IMG/VR virus record: IMGVR_UViG_3300050343_000185
DNA: 64,000 nt
DNA from: a virus
Strand: one strand, 5' to 3'
The first letter of the stretch is position 1; each line of letters opens with the position of its first letter. Positions 8,835 to 18,134 of this stretch are shown here, one piece after another. Under the pieces are notes generated by a model that saw only the letters and a program-made list of their open reading frames with translations, ran no database searches and was not told where the DNA came from. The translations under genes and the position numbers were made by a program.

Positions 8835-10543
8835 TCTCGGATCACGGAGAAGTTCTTTTCTTTCTCTGCTGTGATAGTTCTCTCAAATTTACCGTCAAGG
8901 TTTTCTCTATGACTGATAACATAGATGTTTGAGTTGTCATCAAAGTTACGTAGGATCCAACTCAGATCCATACCACCTTGCTGGTCCAATGAACTGTCAA
9001 AGATCTCATCTAAGATAAGGAGATTAGTATCCACACTATTCTTAAGTTTAGCAATAGAACGCCAAGTAAGCAACAGAGCGATATCAATACGAGATTTCTC
9101 TCCTTCACTGAACGAATCATAAGAAAACACATCCCTATACCTAGACTTAATTATCTCCTCAAAGTTCTCGTTCAGTGTAAAGTTGACATAAAAGTCCATA
9201 CTTTGAAGATACTGATTGATGAGTTGGTTCATCGCTGGAAGATAGGTCTTGATGATCCTAGTCTTGATACCATTGTCTTTCAACAATTGCGATGCCACTA
9301 ATAGTGTATCACGGTCCTTACGGTTTTCTGCGAGGGTGCCACCCAATTGTTTCTTATTCCTAACAAGACCCTCAAGTTTTACAAACTCTGCTTTCTTGTC
9401 TGGGTTGCTACCTTCTAGTTCTTTAATCTCAGATTCGATATCAGAAATAGTTTTTCTGAATGACATGATCTGAAAGTTAGATTGACTGATAGAGTTGTTG
9501 ATAGACATGACCTGACTTGACAGCTCAGTAAATTTATTAAACTTAACTTCCTCTTCTCCTATAGCAGAAAGGATATCATTGTATCCTACAAGCATTTCTT
9601 CAACCTTAGTCTTTCCAGACTCCAACTTTTCATCACGAAATTCTTCTGATAAGTCCTGAGTACATGTAGGGCACACATGATTCTTCTCAAAGAACTCATG
9701 TTCTTTTTTACAAGTCTTTAATTTACCCTGAACTTTAATAAGAAAAGTGTTTAACTTCTTCAGTTTTGAAGTGCTGGTAGACACCGCTTCCATTTCTTTA
9801 GAATGTTTTTCAACTTCAGACGATAGTCGCGCAATCTCTTGGTGCTGAGTATTCTCATCTCCCAACAATTCAGCGATCTTATTCTCTTTACGAGTGATCT
9901 CTTCCTTAGTTTTCTTTTCCAGTTCAAGCATATACTTCTTCTGGAGATCAATCTTCTCTGACACAAGATGGATTTCATAATCAAGTGTCTTAATGTCTTC
10001 GTTATTTTCTCTAACTTTATCACGAAGAAGAACATTCATCGTAGAGAATACTTGGATGTCTAGAATGTCTTCGATAATCTCACGACGTTGTGCTAGAGGC
10101 AGACGCATGAATGGAACAAACGTAGAAGAACCAAGCACCACAATCTGTGTGAATGACTTGTAGTTCATCTTGAGAACATTATTCTCAAAGTTCTTCTGCT
10201 GTTCTACTAAAGAGCTCTCTTGGTTCCACAACTGATCGTTGCAGTAGATTTCAAATAGATTTGGTTTGACACCCCTAATTACTTTGTATTCTTTCTTACC
10301 AATACTGAATTCAATTTCCGTTACAAGATCTTTTTCGTTAATGCTATTAACTAGCATCGGTTTGTTAATCTTACGGAATGGTTTTCCAAACAAAGAAAAG
10401 GTAAGAGCATCTAGAATAGTACTCTTACCTGCACCGTTTGATCCTATGATCAGATTAGTTTTGGATGCTCGTAAATCAACTTCACTAAAAACATTACCCG
10501 TTGATAGAAAATTCTTCCAACGGATTTTTTTAAAAATAATCAT
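8813..10543 (-). CDS. gp46: Recombination endonuclease ATPase subunit (Rad50/SbcC-like)
   Basis: WKNFLSTGN, GSNGAGKST, zinc hook CPTC, FSEGEK, LILDEIFD. Confidence 0.95.
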   Translation of the reverse strand: MIIFKKIRWKNFLSTGNVFSEVDLRASKTNLIIGSNGAGKSTILDALTFSLFGKPFRKINKPMLVNSINEKDLVTEIEFSIGKKEYKVIRGVKPNLFEIYCNDQLWNQESSLVEQQKNFENNVLKMNYKSFTQIVVLGSSTFVPFMRLPLAQRREIIEDILDIQVFSTMNVLLRDKVRENNEDIKTLDYEIHLVSEKIDLQKKYMLELEKKTKEEITRKENKIAELLGDENTQHQEIARLSSEVEKHSKEMEAVSTSTSKLKKLNTFLIKVQGKLKTCKKEHEFFEKNHVCPTCTQDLSEEFRDEKLESGKTKVEEMLVGYNDILSAIGEEEVKFNKFTELSSQVMSINNSISQSNFQIMSFRKTISDIESEIKELEGSNPDKKAEFVKLEGLVRNKKQLGGTLAENRKDRDTLLVASQLLKDNGIKTRIIKTYLPAMNQLINQYLQSMDFYVNFTLNENFEEIIKSRYRDVFSYDSFSEGEKSRIDIALLLTWRSIAKLKNSVDTNLLILDEIFDSSLDQQGGMDLSWILRNFDDNSNIYVISHRENLDGKFERTITAEKEKNFSVIRETVSELD

Positions 10544-10806
10544 TCTTCAGGATCGTCAGGGGGAATCAAAAAATCGTCAGCAGTAATAATAGAAAATTTA
10601 TGACCGCGTTCTTGACATGCTGTAATTATAGCATGGTCGTCAATCTCTAGGATCTGCATGGGTGGATAATCTTCATCAATCTGTAGCATCATCAGATATC
10701 TGTCAGCATCTTCTTCTTCCTGAAATATAGGAATTACCCTATCCTCATCATCATCGAAGATAGAGTAAACACCATCAGGTTGATCTTCTAAAGTTACAAT
10801 AAACAT
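10540..10806 (-). CDS. Conserved cyanophage acidic hypothetical protein
   Basis: 88-aa ORF overlapping the gp47 stop and gp46 start. Confidence 0.7.
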   Translation of the reverse strand: MFIVTLEDQPDGVYSIFDDDEDRVIPIFQEEEDADRYLMMLQIDEDYPPMQILEIDDHAIITACQERGHKFSIITADDFLIPPDDPEE

Positions 10807-11846
10807 TAGACCACATTACAACTCTCAATATATAGAGATCTCATCAAACCCTTAAGATCAGATTTGTCTACGGTCATTTCTACTTCATCAATATACTCAT
10901 TAAGAAGAGTGAGTGTATCTTTAGTAGAAACTTCAAGATCTACCTGATCTTCAATATCAACTAAGGTCTCTACAATTTTTACATCGTGGACTCCTACGTT
11001 GTAAAGACGATCAACTAATGTTTCAAACATTTGGTAGTCTCGTTTCTCTTCAACGACAAGTTTAATGAACTGATTTTTATAACCAGACACATCCTGTTTG
11101 TTGTAGTCTACACGAGTATCATCATAGAAAATTTTGTCAAAGATCTCATAAGGATTTGCAACAAACTTAAGTCTATCACTTTCAGTATCGTAGATATGGA
11201 ATCCACGACGGTCTTTATAATCGTTCCAATACATCTGATAGGGATTACCTAAGTATTGAACATTACCCTTCTTCGACTTGTGATGATAGTGTCCAGACCA
11301 AACACGCTTAAAACGATGGAACAAACCAGCATCCATGCCATGGTCCATTCTCATACCTGGCGTCACATCAAACCCATTAAGTTCCAAATGTCCGCAACAA
11401 ATATCTGCTTCACTAGTCTCAAGTAAATTTGTTACTTCTTCCAAGTTCTCTTTATTAATCCAAGGCAACATCAAAAACTTTTTGTTTCCAAGTTTTAGAT
11501 GCTTGGGTTCAGAATAGATTGTGATGTTGTGATACTTTTCAAGTAAAAGTTCTGGTGAGTTGATGCGGTTGGTGTTCTTGTAATACGTACAATGATTACC
11601 AAGCAACATGTGAACGTTATACTTTGCTAGTTTCTCGAAATAGTTTTCACGAACACGATGATAGGTATTAAAGTCCATAGACTTTCGATTATCAAATGTG
11701 TCTCCAAGATCAATGACGGTATCGATACCTTCTTTTTCAAGAGTTGGAAAAAAGATATTGTCATAGAATTGTTGCCAGTAGTTCCAAAACGCTAGAGAAC
11801 CTTTGCGTCCATCAAGATGTTGATCTGTAATTAAAGCAATCTTCAT
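10806..11846 (-). CDS. gp47: Recombination endonuclease nuclease subunit (Mre11/SbcD-like)
   Basis: ITDQH, DLGDTFD, LGNH, SGHYH and YLGNPY phosphoesterase motifs. Confidence 0.95.
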   Translation of the reverse strand: MKIALITDQHLDGRKGSLAFWNYWQQFYDNIFFPTLEKEGIDTVIDLGDTFDNRKSMDFNTYHRVRENYFEKLAKYNVHMLLGNHCTYYKNTNRINSPELLLEKYHNITIYSEPKHLKLGNKKFLMLPWINKENLEEVTNLLETSEADICCGHLELNGFDVTPGMRMDHGMDAGLFHRFKRVWSGHYHHKSKKGNVQYLGNPYQMYWNDYKDRRGFHIYDTESDRLKFVANPYEIFDKIFYDDTRVDYNKQDVSGYKNQFIKLVVEEKRDYQMFETLVDRLYNVGVHDVKIVETLVDIEDQVDLEVSTKDTLTLLNEYIDEVEMTVDKSDLKGLMRSLYIESCNVV

Positions 11847-12067
11847 AATTTACCGCTCACTGTCCCATCATATCGTGCTGAGTATTTGCAGTTTGCCCAG
11901 TTAGTAGCGACACCTTCCAAGTGGAATGGCGTTCCTTCCATGACAGATTCCCTCGTACCGCCTGTGACGATTCCCTCGCCATCCTCACCAAAGCTAGTCC
12001 ACGTTCCAAACTGTTTCTTTTCAACACGGAATTTTCCATAGGGAGTTTCATACCATTCATAATTCAT
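11843..12067 (-). CDS. Hypothetical protein (74 aa)
   Basis: ATGA overlaps on both sides. Confidence 0.65.
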   Translation of the reverse strand: MNYEWYETPYGKFRVEKKQFGTWTSFGEDGEGIVTGGTRESVMEGTPFHLEGVATNWANCKYSARYDGTVSGKL

Positions 12068-12573
12068 CGGTTCATTCTTGTCTCAATGTTTTCTTTGATA
12101 CTACCCATGTCAGAATACGATGCGTTCATACCTGTCATTGTACCATCGTAAGAATCAGTGTGCATGACTTCATCATGTCCTGATCGTTCTAGAATTTTAC
12201 TTTTAATTTCTAGTTGCTTTTTCTCTTTCTGGATACGACGCAAGAAAGCGTAGTAGATAATCTGAGTGAAGTAAGCAAACGGGTTCTGGGATTTCTCTGG
12301 ATTGAAGTTGTCGATATACTGTAGGCAATTCTCAATGCCGTCACAGATCATATCCTCACGGAACATGTAATTGACAAAGTTTGGTTTGTATGATAGATGT
12401 GTAGCGATCTTAAGGAAACACTCGCCAATATAATTCGTGACACGCGGTCGAGGTTTTTCTTGTTCTTTTGCTTTAATAACTTTGTCTCGATACTCAGTAA
12501 TAGCAGCGAGAAACTCTTTGTTATTAACGTAGTATTCGGTTTGCTTTCGTTTTGCCATTACTGTGTATGCCAC
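12064..12573 (-). CDS. gp55: Late-transcription sigma factor
   Basis: YYVNNKEF, YIGECFLKIA, DMICDGIENC, NPFAYFTQII. Start placed at GTG 12573 (or ATG 12558) because the promoter -10 lies at 12600-12605. Confidence 0.95.
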   Translation of the reverse strand: MAYTVMAKRKQTEYYVNNKEFLAAITEYRDKVIKAKEQEKPRPRVTNYIGECFLKIATHLSYKPNFVNYMFREDMICDGIENCLQYIDNFNPEKSQNPFAYFTQIIYYAFLRRIQKEKKQLEIKSKILERSGHDEVMHTDSYDGTMTGMNASYSDMGSIKENIETRMNR

Positions 12574-12599
12574 GGTTTGTCTTACATAATCATATATCA

Positions 12600-12628
12600 A
12601 GTATACCACTTTGTTAGTGATCTGTCAA
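12600..12628 (-). promoter_or_regulatory. Sigma70-type early promoter for gp55-gp47-gp46
   Basis: TTGACA (12628-12623), 17 nt, TATACT (12605-12600). Confidence 0.85.
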
Positions 12629-12635
12629 AGGGGGG

Positions 12636-12664
12636 TTGACAAATCCTCAGAACCTGAGTAGGAT
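12636..12664 (+). promoter_or_regulatory. Sigma70-type promoter on the plus strand (antisense)
   Basis: TTGACA (12636-12641), 17 nt, TAGGAT (12659-12664); no plus-strand ORF downstream. Confidence 0.55.
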
Positions 12665-12697
12665 GACTCTGTTAGGGTTCAAGAGAAGTTGTAGCTC

Positions 12698-13096
12698 TTA
12701 GCTTTTATTAAATAGATCTTCTAAAGATTTTTTCATTTCCTTTACTGAACCTAGGTATCCAGATCCTCTGGGTATTTTATTTCCTCTACCTGCTAAAGAC
12801 TTTCCAGTCTCCATACGGAGAAGAGTTTTTTCATAGAAGTCAACAATTTCTCCTTCAATTTCAACCATAGTTAATACATGATCTCTGTTAATAACAAACA
12901 TATTATCAAATGTAGCAGAGATCCATTCTTTTAAAGCAAAGCCTGTTACTTCTAACTGACCTTTTCTTTGTTTAGAATTTTCAACTATAAGAGGTCTCTC
13001 TAACATAACCTTGTCTTCTTCAGTAAGATAACATACTTTAGATACTAATTCTTCACCTGATACTAATTTAATAGTTGCATAGAATTCTTCTTCCAT
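12698..13096 (-). CDS. Conserved cyanophage hypothetical protein (possible Sm-like fold)
   Basis: FYATIKLVSGEELVSKV pattern, immediately downstream of uvsW. Confidence 0.7.
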   Translation of the reverse strand: MEEEFYATIKLVSGEELVSKVCYLTEEDKVMLERPLIVENSKQRKGQLEVTGFALKEWISATFDNMFVINRDHVLTMVEIEGEIVDFYEKTLLRMETGKSLAGRGNKIPRGSGYLGSVKEMKKSLEDLFNKS

Positions 13097-13098
13097 AT

Positions 13099-14571
13099 TT
13101 AATTTGCTCTAAGGTTTACTTTTATAACCTCATACTTAAAGTTCTCTTCATTGTAAATGTTAACTCGTTCATTCAAATGTCTAAGGGTATAATTCTGACC
13201 GCCAATATCATCAGCGATATCGTATAAGGTTGCTATATCTTTACCTTCGCCTTTCCTGAGAACACGTCCGATAGATTGGAGGTTACGAATGCGAGACTTA
13301 CTAGGGGAAGCAAAAATAATATTGTGTAATCGTTTGATGTTGATACCTGTAGAGAACGTTCCGTAAGAAGCAATGATTACAGCATTGTTCTCAGTTTCAG
13401 TAAGTTGGCGTACTTGTTCTCTATCTTCTACATCAGTACCACCGTGAACAAAAAATACTTTTCGCTCGGGGTCTATGGTGCTATTTATCAATTCCAAAAG
13501 TGGTTCACCGTGCTTCTCGATATAGTTAAATAACACAAGAGTGTTTCCTTCAATATCTTTTACTAAATTTTTAATCAGATTATTTCTACCACGATGCTCT
13601 ACTAGGTAATCAATCTCCTCATGATATGATTCAAAGTGTTGCGGAGCATGTTTACAAAGTAGGATTTTGATCCTAAATTTAGAAAGATAACCTTCCTTAA
13701 TTAAACTGTCTGTTTTAGTAACTTGTTCGCAATCACCAAACAATCCTTCCAACACCCACTTGTGAGTTTTACTCCCGTCTAGGGTTCCAGTAAAACCAAA
13801 CCTATACTTGGCATTGTGTAGTTTAGTCATAATTCCCGTGAGGGATTTTGATTTAAACAGGTGTGCTTCATCACCGATAACACAATCAATATCATCAAAG
13901 TATCTTTTTGGGAACTTGTAGATGGATTGCCAGGTTGATATAATAATTGGTTTATCCGTATTTTTATCCTTGCCGGAATATATCTTATGCACATGATCGT
14001 CAGCATTCCACCCGTAGTCATTAAAGTCATTGACCATCTGTTCTACCAAGGACGTAGTAGGAACGATGATGAGCGTTTTCTTGTTGGTAGCAGTATAGTA
14101 TCTGACGAGGGAATAGATCATCAAACTCTTTCCGCTGCCCGTAGGAGAAAGAAGTAACTTTCTATTATTTTTTATAGCTTCGTAAACAGCACGATACTGA
14201 TACACTCTTGGTTTGATTTCAGATCGTGTAATTTTATTCATAAATGTTTCAATGCCTGCGTATGAAACAAAGTCGTTAGTTTCTCTGACTTCTCCATACC
14301 AGTCATTCATTTCATACTTGACTTTATATTGTCGCTCGTCAGCCCACACTTGTAGGTGCTTCATTAGACCACCATAAAGGTCGCCCGTACCAGGAGAGTA
14401 CAGACGAATAGTTCCATCCCAGTATTTGTATCTGGGGTTCTTCTTCAGGAACTTTGCTTCAGGAACTTCAAACGAAAAATAATCTGAGAGCTCCTGATGT
14501 ACATGTGGCTCAGCAGATTGAATGGTAACGTATACTTCGTTTTTCTTTTTAATACTGAGGGTGGTCATCAT
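13099..14571 (-). CDS. uvsW: UvsW SF2 RNA-DNA/DNA helicase
   Basis: WDGTIRL, SPTGSGKS, DEAH, TGT and QSIGRVLR motifs. Confidence 0.96.
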   Translation of the reverse strand: MMTTLSIKKKNEVYVTIQSAEPHVHQELSDYFSFEVPEAKFLKKNPRYKYWDGTIRLYSPGTGDLYGGLMKHLQVWADERQYKVKYEMNDWYGEVRETNDFVSYAGIETFMNKITRSEIKPRVYQYRAVYEAIKNNRKLLLSPTGSGKSLMIYSLVRYYTATNKKTLIIVPTTSLVEQMVNDFNDYGWNADDHVHKIYSGKDKNTDKPIIISTWQSIYKFPKRYFDDIDCVIGDEAHLFKSKSLTGIMTKLHNAKYRFGFTGTLDGSKTHKWVLEGLFGDCEQVTKTDSLIKEGYLSKFRIKILLCKHAPQHFESYHEEIDYLVEHRGRNNLIKNLVKDIEGNTLVLFNYIEKHGEPLLELINSTIDPERKVFFVHGGTDVEDREQVRQLTETENNAVIIASYGTFSTGINIKRLHNIIFASPSKSRIRNLQSIGRVLRKGEGKDIATLYDIADDIGGQNYTLRHLNERVNIYNEENFKYEVIKVNLRAN

Positions 14572-15041
14572 TGTCCATTAACGAATTTCTCCCACTCAAT
14601 GGCACTCTTGACCTGAAAACCTCTATTAGAAATTTGACGCATGACTTGATCCAACCAGTAAAGCATCTGGTCTAGATATTTGATCTTCGCCTCAAGGTTG
14701 ATGATCTCCTCATCTGCCTCAAGGTAAGTTCTCATTTTTTCCGAAGTCTTAATGCTTGATCCGAATGGTTTAGCAGCGTAGGTCTTAGCGTCTGCTTCGC
14801 CTGAGTAATACTCACGCTTATTCTTTACCAGTTTGCGGGTCTCAAATTCCAGCGAAGTCTTGATCTGCTGAATGTCAGTGTAATGGTTTAAGTATTTATT
14901 ATGTTGGAAAGGGATCGATAATGCGAGTTGCCCTAGATCCGTGGTATACTGTTTGTTCTTAAATTGAAAGTCAACTGCTGAGTCTTCTGTCCAGTCTTCT
15001 CTCAATTTGTCAAATTTATTACGAAGAGTTTCAAAATTCAT
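14568..15041 (-). CDS. uvsY: Recombination mediator UvsY
   Basis: IPFQHNKYL...EYYSG...YLEADEEI...ISNRGFQVKSAIEW; synteny. Confidence 0.9.
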   Translation of the reverse strand: MNFETLRNKFDKLREDWTEDSAVDFQFKNKQYTTDLGQLALSIPFQHNKYLNHYTDIQQIKTSLEFETRKLVKNKREYYSGEADAKTYAAKPFGSSIKTSEKMRTYLEADEEIINLEAKIKYLDQMLYWLDQVMRQISNRGFQVKSAIEWEKFVNGQ

Positions 15042-15559
15042 AGAGTTTTAAATTGTTTATCACGAATAAAAAATTGTTGATGTTTAAATGTAACTTCAGC
15101 AGTAATGTATTCTACATCTGTCATTGTAGCATCAAATTGTAACCCCGACAAACTGACAGGAAAGATATCTCTGTAGTCGATAATAAATGCTGGATTGTAT
15201 TGTGAGGTGACAATGTTAAGTTGTCCGTTGGTATAAATCTCTGACTCTTTTGTTGTGCGTTGCATTTGATCTGCGTTACCATTGTCTCTAATCCATTTGT
15301 AAATACTGTTGTAGTTTACAAGATCTTCGTCAACAATAAAACGCACAGAAAAATCCCCGAACGTTACACCACCGCTGGGAATGATAGGCAAGTTTCTAAA
15401 AGGACTTGCTACTTCCGTAACTGGCATTGAAACGTCGGGGATATTTGCTGTCTGACAGAAAAAGTCTACACCTTCAAATTTTTCTAATTTGAGTAGATAA
15501 CCAATAGGGTTCAGGAAATTCCTATTAGTAGGTTGTTCCTTATACCATTCAGCAGACAT
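15038..15559 (-). CDS. gp3: Tail completion / sheath stabiliser
   Basis: NRNFLNPIG, FFCQTANIP, RFIVDEDL, FPVSLS motifs. Confidence 0.88.
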   Translation of the reverse strand: MSAEWYKEQPTNRNFLNPIGYLLKLEKFEGVDFFCQTANIPDVSMPVTEVASPFRNLPIIPSGGVTFGDFSVRFIVDEDLVNYNSIYKWIRDNGNADQMQRTTKESEIYTNGQLNIVTSQYNPAFIIDYRDIFPVSLSGLQFDATMTDVEYITAEVTFKHQQFFIRDKQFKTL

Positions 15560-15579
15560 GTCAACTTCCCAAGCTGATA

Positions 15580-15717
15580 CTATTTATCCTCGTTATACCA
15601 GAAGTCTTCCCAGTCTTTTTCATCTGCTTCATAGATTGGACAAGGTTCTTCCATTAAAATATCAGTTTTTATTTTTAAATCCTTCATAGCAAGTTTTTTA
15701 AAATTTTTATCTTTCAT
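15580..15717 (-). CDS. Small hypothetical protein (45 aa)
   Basis: Manual translation MKDKNFKKLAMKDLKIKTDILMEEPCPIYEADEKDWEDFWYNEDK; TAATG overlap with the upstream gene. Confidence 0.5.
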   Translation of the reverse strand: MKDKNFKKLAMKDLKIKTDILMEEPCPIYEADEKDWEDFWYNEDK

Positions 15718-16427
15718 TAATCTAAGAAACAATTAAACGTTAAACGATCACTTTTCCATTTTGATGCAGTGTAATATGGGGAGTGCCATAAAGTACCTTC
15801 GTAAAAGATCATAGTATTATACGAATGTGGAATTACATGATACCTACTCCATCCATCGATAATAGCAATAGATGGATCACACTTAACATATTTAATTTTA
15901 TCTATAGGATCTGCATCACGAAAGTAGTTTGCTCTGTAGTTATAATCTCTTGACATATATTCTTCAGATGTACTATTTTTTCTCCATAGAGCAGTTCCAT
16001 TATCTTTTCCACAATATTCATTATCTTTATTGAGGGAACATACACCAGCATATCTAATGTTATCTGTATGAGGAAATAAACTTACCTCTCTAACATTTTG
16101 ATTTACTGCGTAATTTTGGAAAGTAAATTTATTTAAATAAGTAGAAGTTTCAAAACTTGCAAATTTACTTTTAATTATTTTTCTTATAGGTTTTGCAATC
16201 TCGGACAAATTTCCAATTGTGTAAACATAACCAGGAATATTACTTACTTGACCATCAATAGTATTTACATAAGCAACTGATTTAGCAAACTCTCTTACCT
16301 TATCTGGGTTTCTAAAAAATTTTTTAACTACTAAAATTCTATTATTTGAATTTCCAACATGATAAATGTTAACCCTCCAGTTAAGATCATCTAAAGCAAA
16401 AATTTCACATGGGTCAATAATTTTCAT
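15717..16427 (-). CDS. DUF6445-like 2OG-Fe(II) oxygenase
   Basis: KFFRNPDKVR, FPHTD, NGTALW, LWHSPY, RLTFNCF; AT-rich. Confidence 0.75.
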   Translation of the reverse strand: MKIIDPCEIFALDDLNWRVNIYHVGNSNNRILVVKKFFRNPDKVREFAKSVAYVNTIDGQVSNIPGYVYTIGNLSEIAKPIRKIIKSKFASFETSTYLNKFTFQNYAVNQNVREVSLFPHTDNIRYAGVCSLNKDNEYCGKDNGTALWRKNSTSEEYMSRDYNYRANYFRDADPIDKIKYVKCDPSIAIIDGWSRYHVIPHSYNTMIFYEGTLWHSPYYTASKWKSDRLTFNCFLD

Positions 16428-16435
16428 ATTATATT

Positions 16436-16603
16436 TTACTGCGCGTATTCATTAATTATATCTAATATCTTATCTAGAGAATCATGAGCTCCGTCATACC
16501 ACTGACCTGTCATGCCAGGATTTGTTTCTTTATCATACAATTCAGTTTTTAATCTATACACCTTTGCAAGCATATCTGTTTTGTGTAAGCGACCGCGAGG
16601 CAT
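16436..16603 (-). CDS. Small conserved cyanophage protein after gp23 (55 aa)
   Basis: Manual translation MPRGRLHKTDMLAKVYRLKTELYDKETNPGMTGQWYDGAHDSLDKILDIINEYAQ; TAAATA at 16626-16631 upstream. Confidence 0.65.
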   Translation of the reverse strand: MPRGRLHKTDMLAKVYRLKTELYDKETNPGMTGQWYDGAHDSLDKILDIINEYAQ

Positions 16604-16636
16604 AATGATAGGGTATTACTAGTTCTATTTAAGCAC

Positions 16637-16661
16637 AAAAAAAGGGACCCCGCAGGGTCCC
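16637..16661 (-). terminator. Rho-independent terminator after gp23
   Basis: Minus strand GGGACCC-TGCG-GGGTCCC-TTTTTTT. Confidence 0.9.
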
Positions 16662-16682
16662 TGTGTTGATATCGTAACTATA

Positions 16683-18098
16683 TCAGGCGAGGTTCGCAAC
16701 ACGAACACGTCTGTAGTACTGGTTCTTAGAAGCAGTAAGTGCTTCAGCATCAGGAGTTCCTGCAGAAGACTCAACGAAAGGATTGCTGACCATGCCGTAG
16801 CGGGTCTTGAAACCAATCTTAGGTTGGAAGGTCTGAGGATCGATGCTGCTGAGCATCTGGAGGGGAACGTAGGGGCAGTAGAATAGTCCTGCGTCATAAG
16901 GGGAAGAACCCTTATAACCAACTACGTAGTAGTGGGTGTTAGAAACGTTAGCAGAGTAAGGATCAACATAGACCTTAATGCGACCGTTCATGGTGCCGAC
17001 TAGAAGGTTTCCGGTGTCATCAACGTCACCGATGGAAGGACCACCAGCGCCAGTTAGACCTGAGGAATAGTCGAGTGTGCCAGACATGGCAAGAGCAGAA
17101 GCAACGTCAGCAGAAGTGACGATGAAGTTGCCCTTTCCTCTACGAGTCTCTTGTGCGATAGCGTTAGCATCGCGCTCGATTTGGAACATAAGTCCTTTGA
17201 ACTTCTCAACCGACCAACGACCGTTGCTGTCAACGTCGAGGTCAAATACACCAGCGTTAGCAACGTTGTTCTGAGCACCAGGCTTAGCAACGGTGTAAAC
17301 GGTACGAACAACCTCACGGTTGATCTCAGCAAGGATTTCGCTAGACAATAGGTTAGCGAGTTCCTGCTCTGCATCAAGACCGTGGATTGCCTTAAGGTCT
17401 TGTGCCAATTCTAGAGTGTACTCAGCGCGAAGAGCTCTGGTCTTAGCAGTGACCGCAGTCTTCTCGATGCTGAAGTCCATTTCGTTGAACAAGGTCGAAC
17501 CCGATCCAAGAACTTCTGCTGTTTCTCTAGCAATGTTGCCTGCTTGGCGCTCGTAGTTAGCAGCAGTTGTGCCGCCGCCAGTGGCGTCGTTAAGCAGACC
17601 AGGGTTAGCATCAGTCGTGCCGCCATCGCCAAGAGGAGATACGGGATCGTTGTATGCGCCAGGACCCTGTGTGTTTCCAGAGAAGTTGGTGTCGGGCTCG
17701 TTGTAGAGTGCCTCAGCGCCAGCTCTGGTGTTGTAGTGGCTCTTCATTGCGAAGATAAGTCCAGTAGGACCGCTCATGGGTTGAACGCCACAGATGTCGT
17801 ATGCAACCAAGTTAGGTGCTGCACGACGGATAAGGTTGATCATTACAGGATCGAAACCTGCAAGTCCACCAGTCTTGGTGGTTAGACCAGAACCACCTAG
17901 TGCTTGTCCACCAGCTGCGCTGATAGCTCCAACAGTACTAGCTTCGTTCATCATACCACGCTCTTCGCGTAGTTGATTTTCTGTGTTTTCTAACAGAACA
18001 GCGGTAACAGCCTTTCTATAGTTGTCTTTGATGGTGCCAGCACCTTCATGACTTAGAACAGGAGACCACTTTTCGGTTAGAGCTTTTGAATTAAACAT
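16683..18098 (-). CDS. gp23: Major capsid protein
   Basis: GVQPMSGPTGLIFAM, LAQDLKAIHGLDAE, FYCPYVPL, TFQPKIGFKTRYG. Confidence 0.98.
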   Translation of the reverse strand: MFNSKALTEKWSPVLSHEGAGTIKDNYRKAVTAVLLENTENQLREERGMMNEASTVGAISAAGGQALGGSGLTTKTGGLAGFDPVMINLIRRAAPNLVAYDICGVQPMSGPTGLIFAMKSHYNTRAGAEALYNEPDTNFSGNTQGPGAYNDPVSPLGDGGTTDANPGLLNDATGGGTTAANYERQAGNIARETAEVLGSGSTLFNEMDFSIEKTAVTAKTRALRAEYTLELAQDLKAIHGLDAEQELANLLSSEILAEINREVVRTVYTVAKPGAQNNVANAGVFDLDVDSNGRWSVEKFKGLMFQIERDANAIAQETRRGKGNFIVTSADVASALAMSGTLDYSSGLTGAGGPSIGDVDDTGNLLVGTMNGRIKVYVDPYSANVSNTHYYVVGYKGSSPYDAGLFYCPYVPLQMLSSIDPQTFQPKIGFKTRYGMVSNPFVESSAGTPDAEALTASKNQYYRRVRVANLA

Positions 18099-18134
18099 TT
18101 GTTTGCTCTTGTTTGAAAAATGTGGGGTTTATTA

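Noticed and set aside
16625-16921. 98-aa minus-strand ORF overlapping the gp23 3' end and terminator
   Set aside because: Alternative-frame shadow running through a strong terminator.
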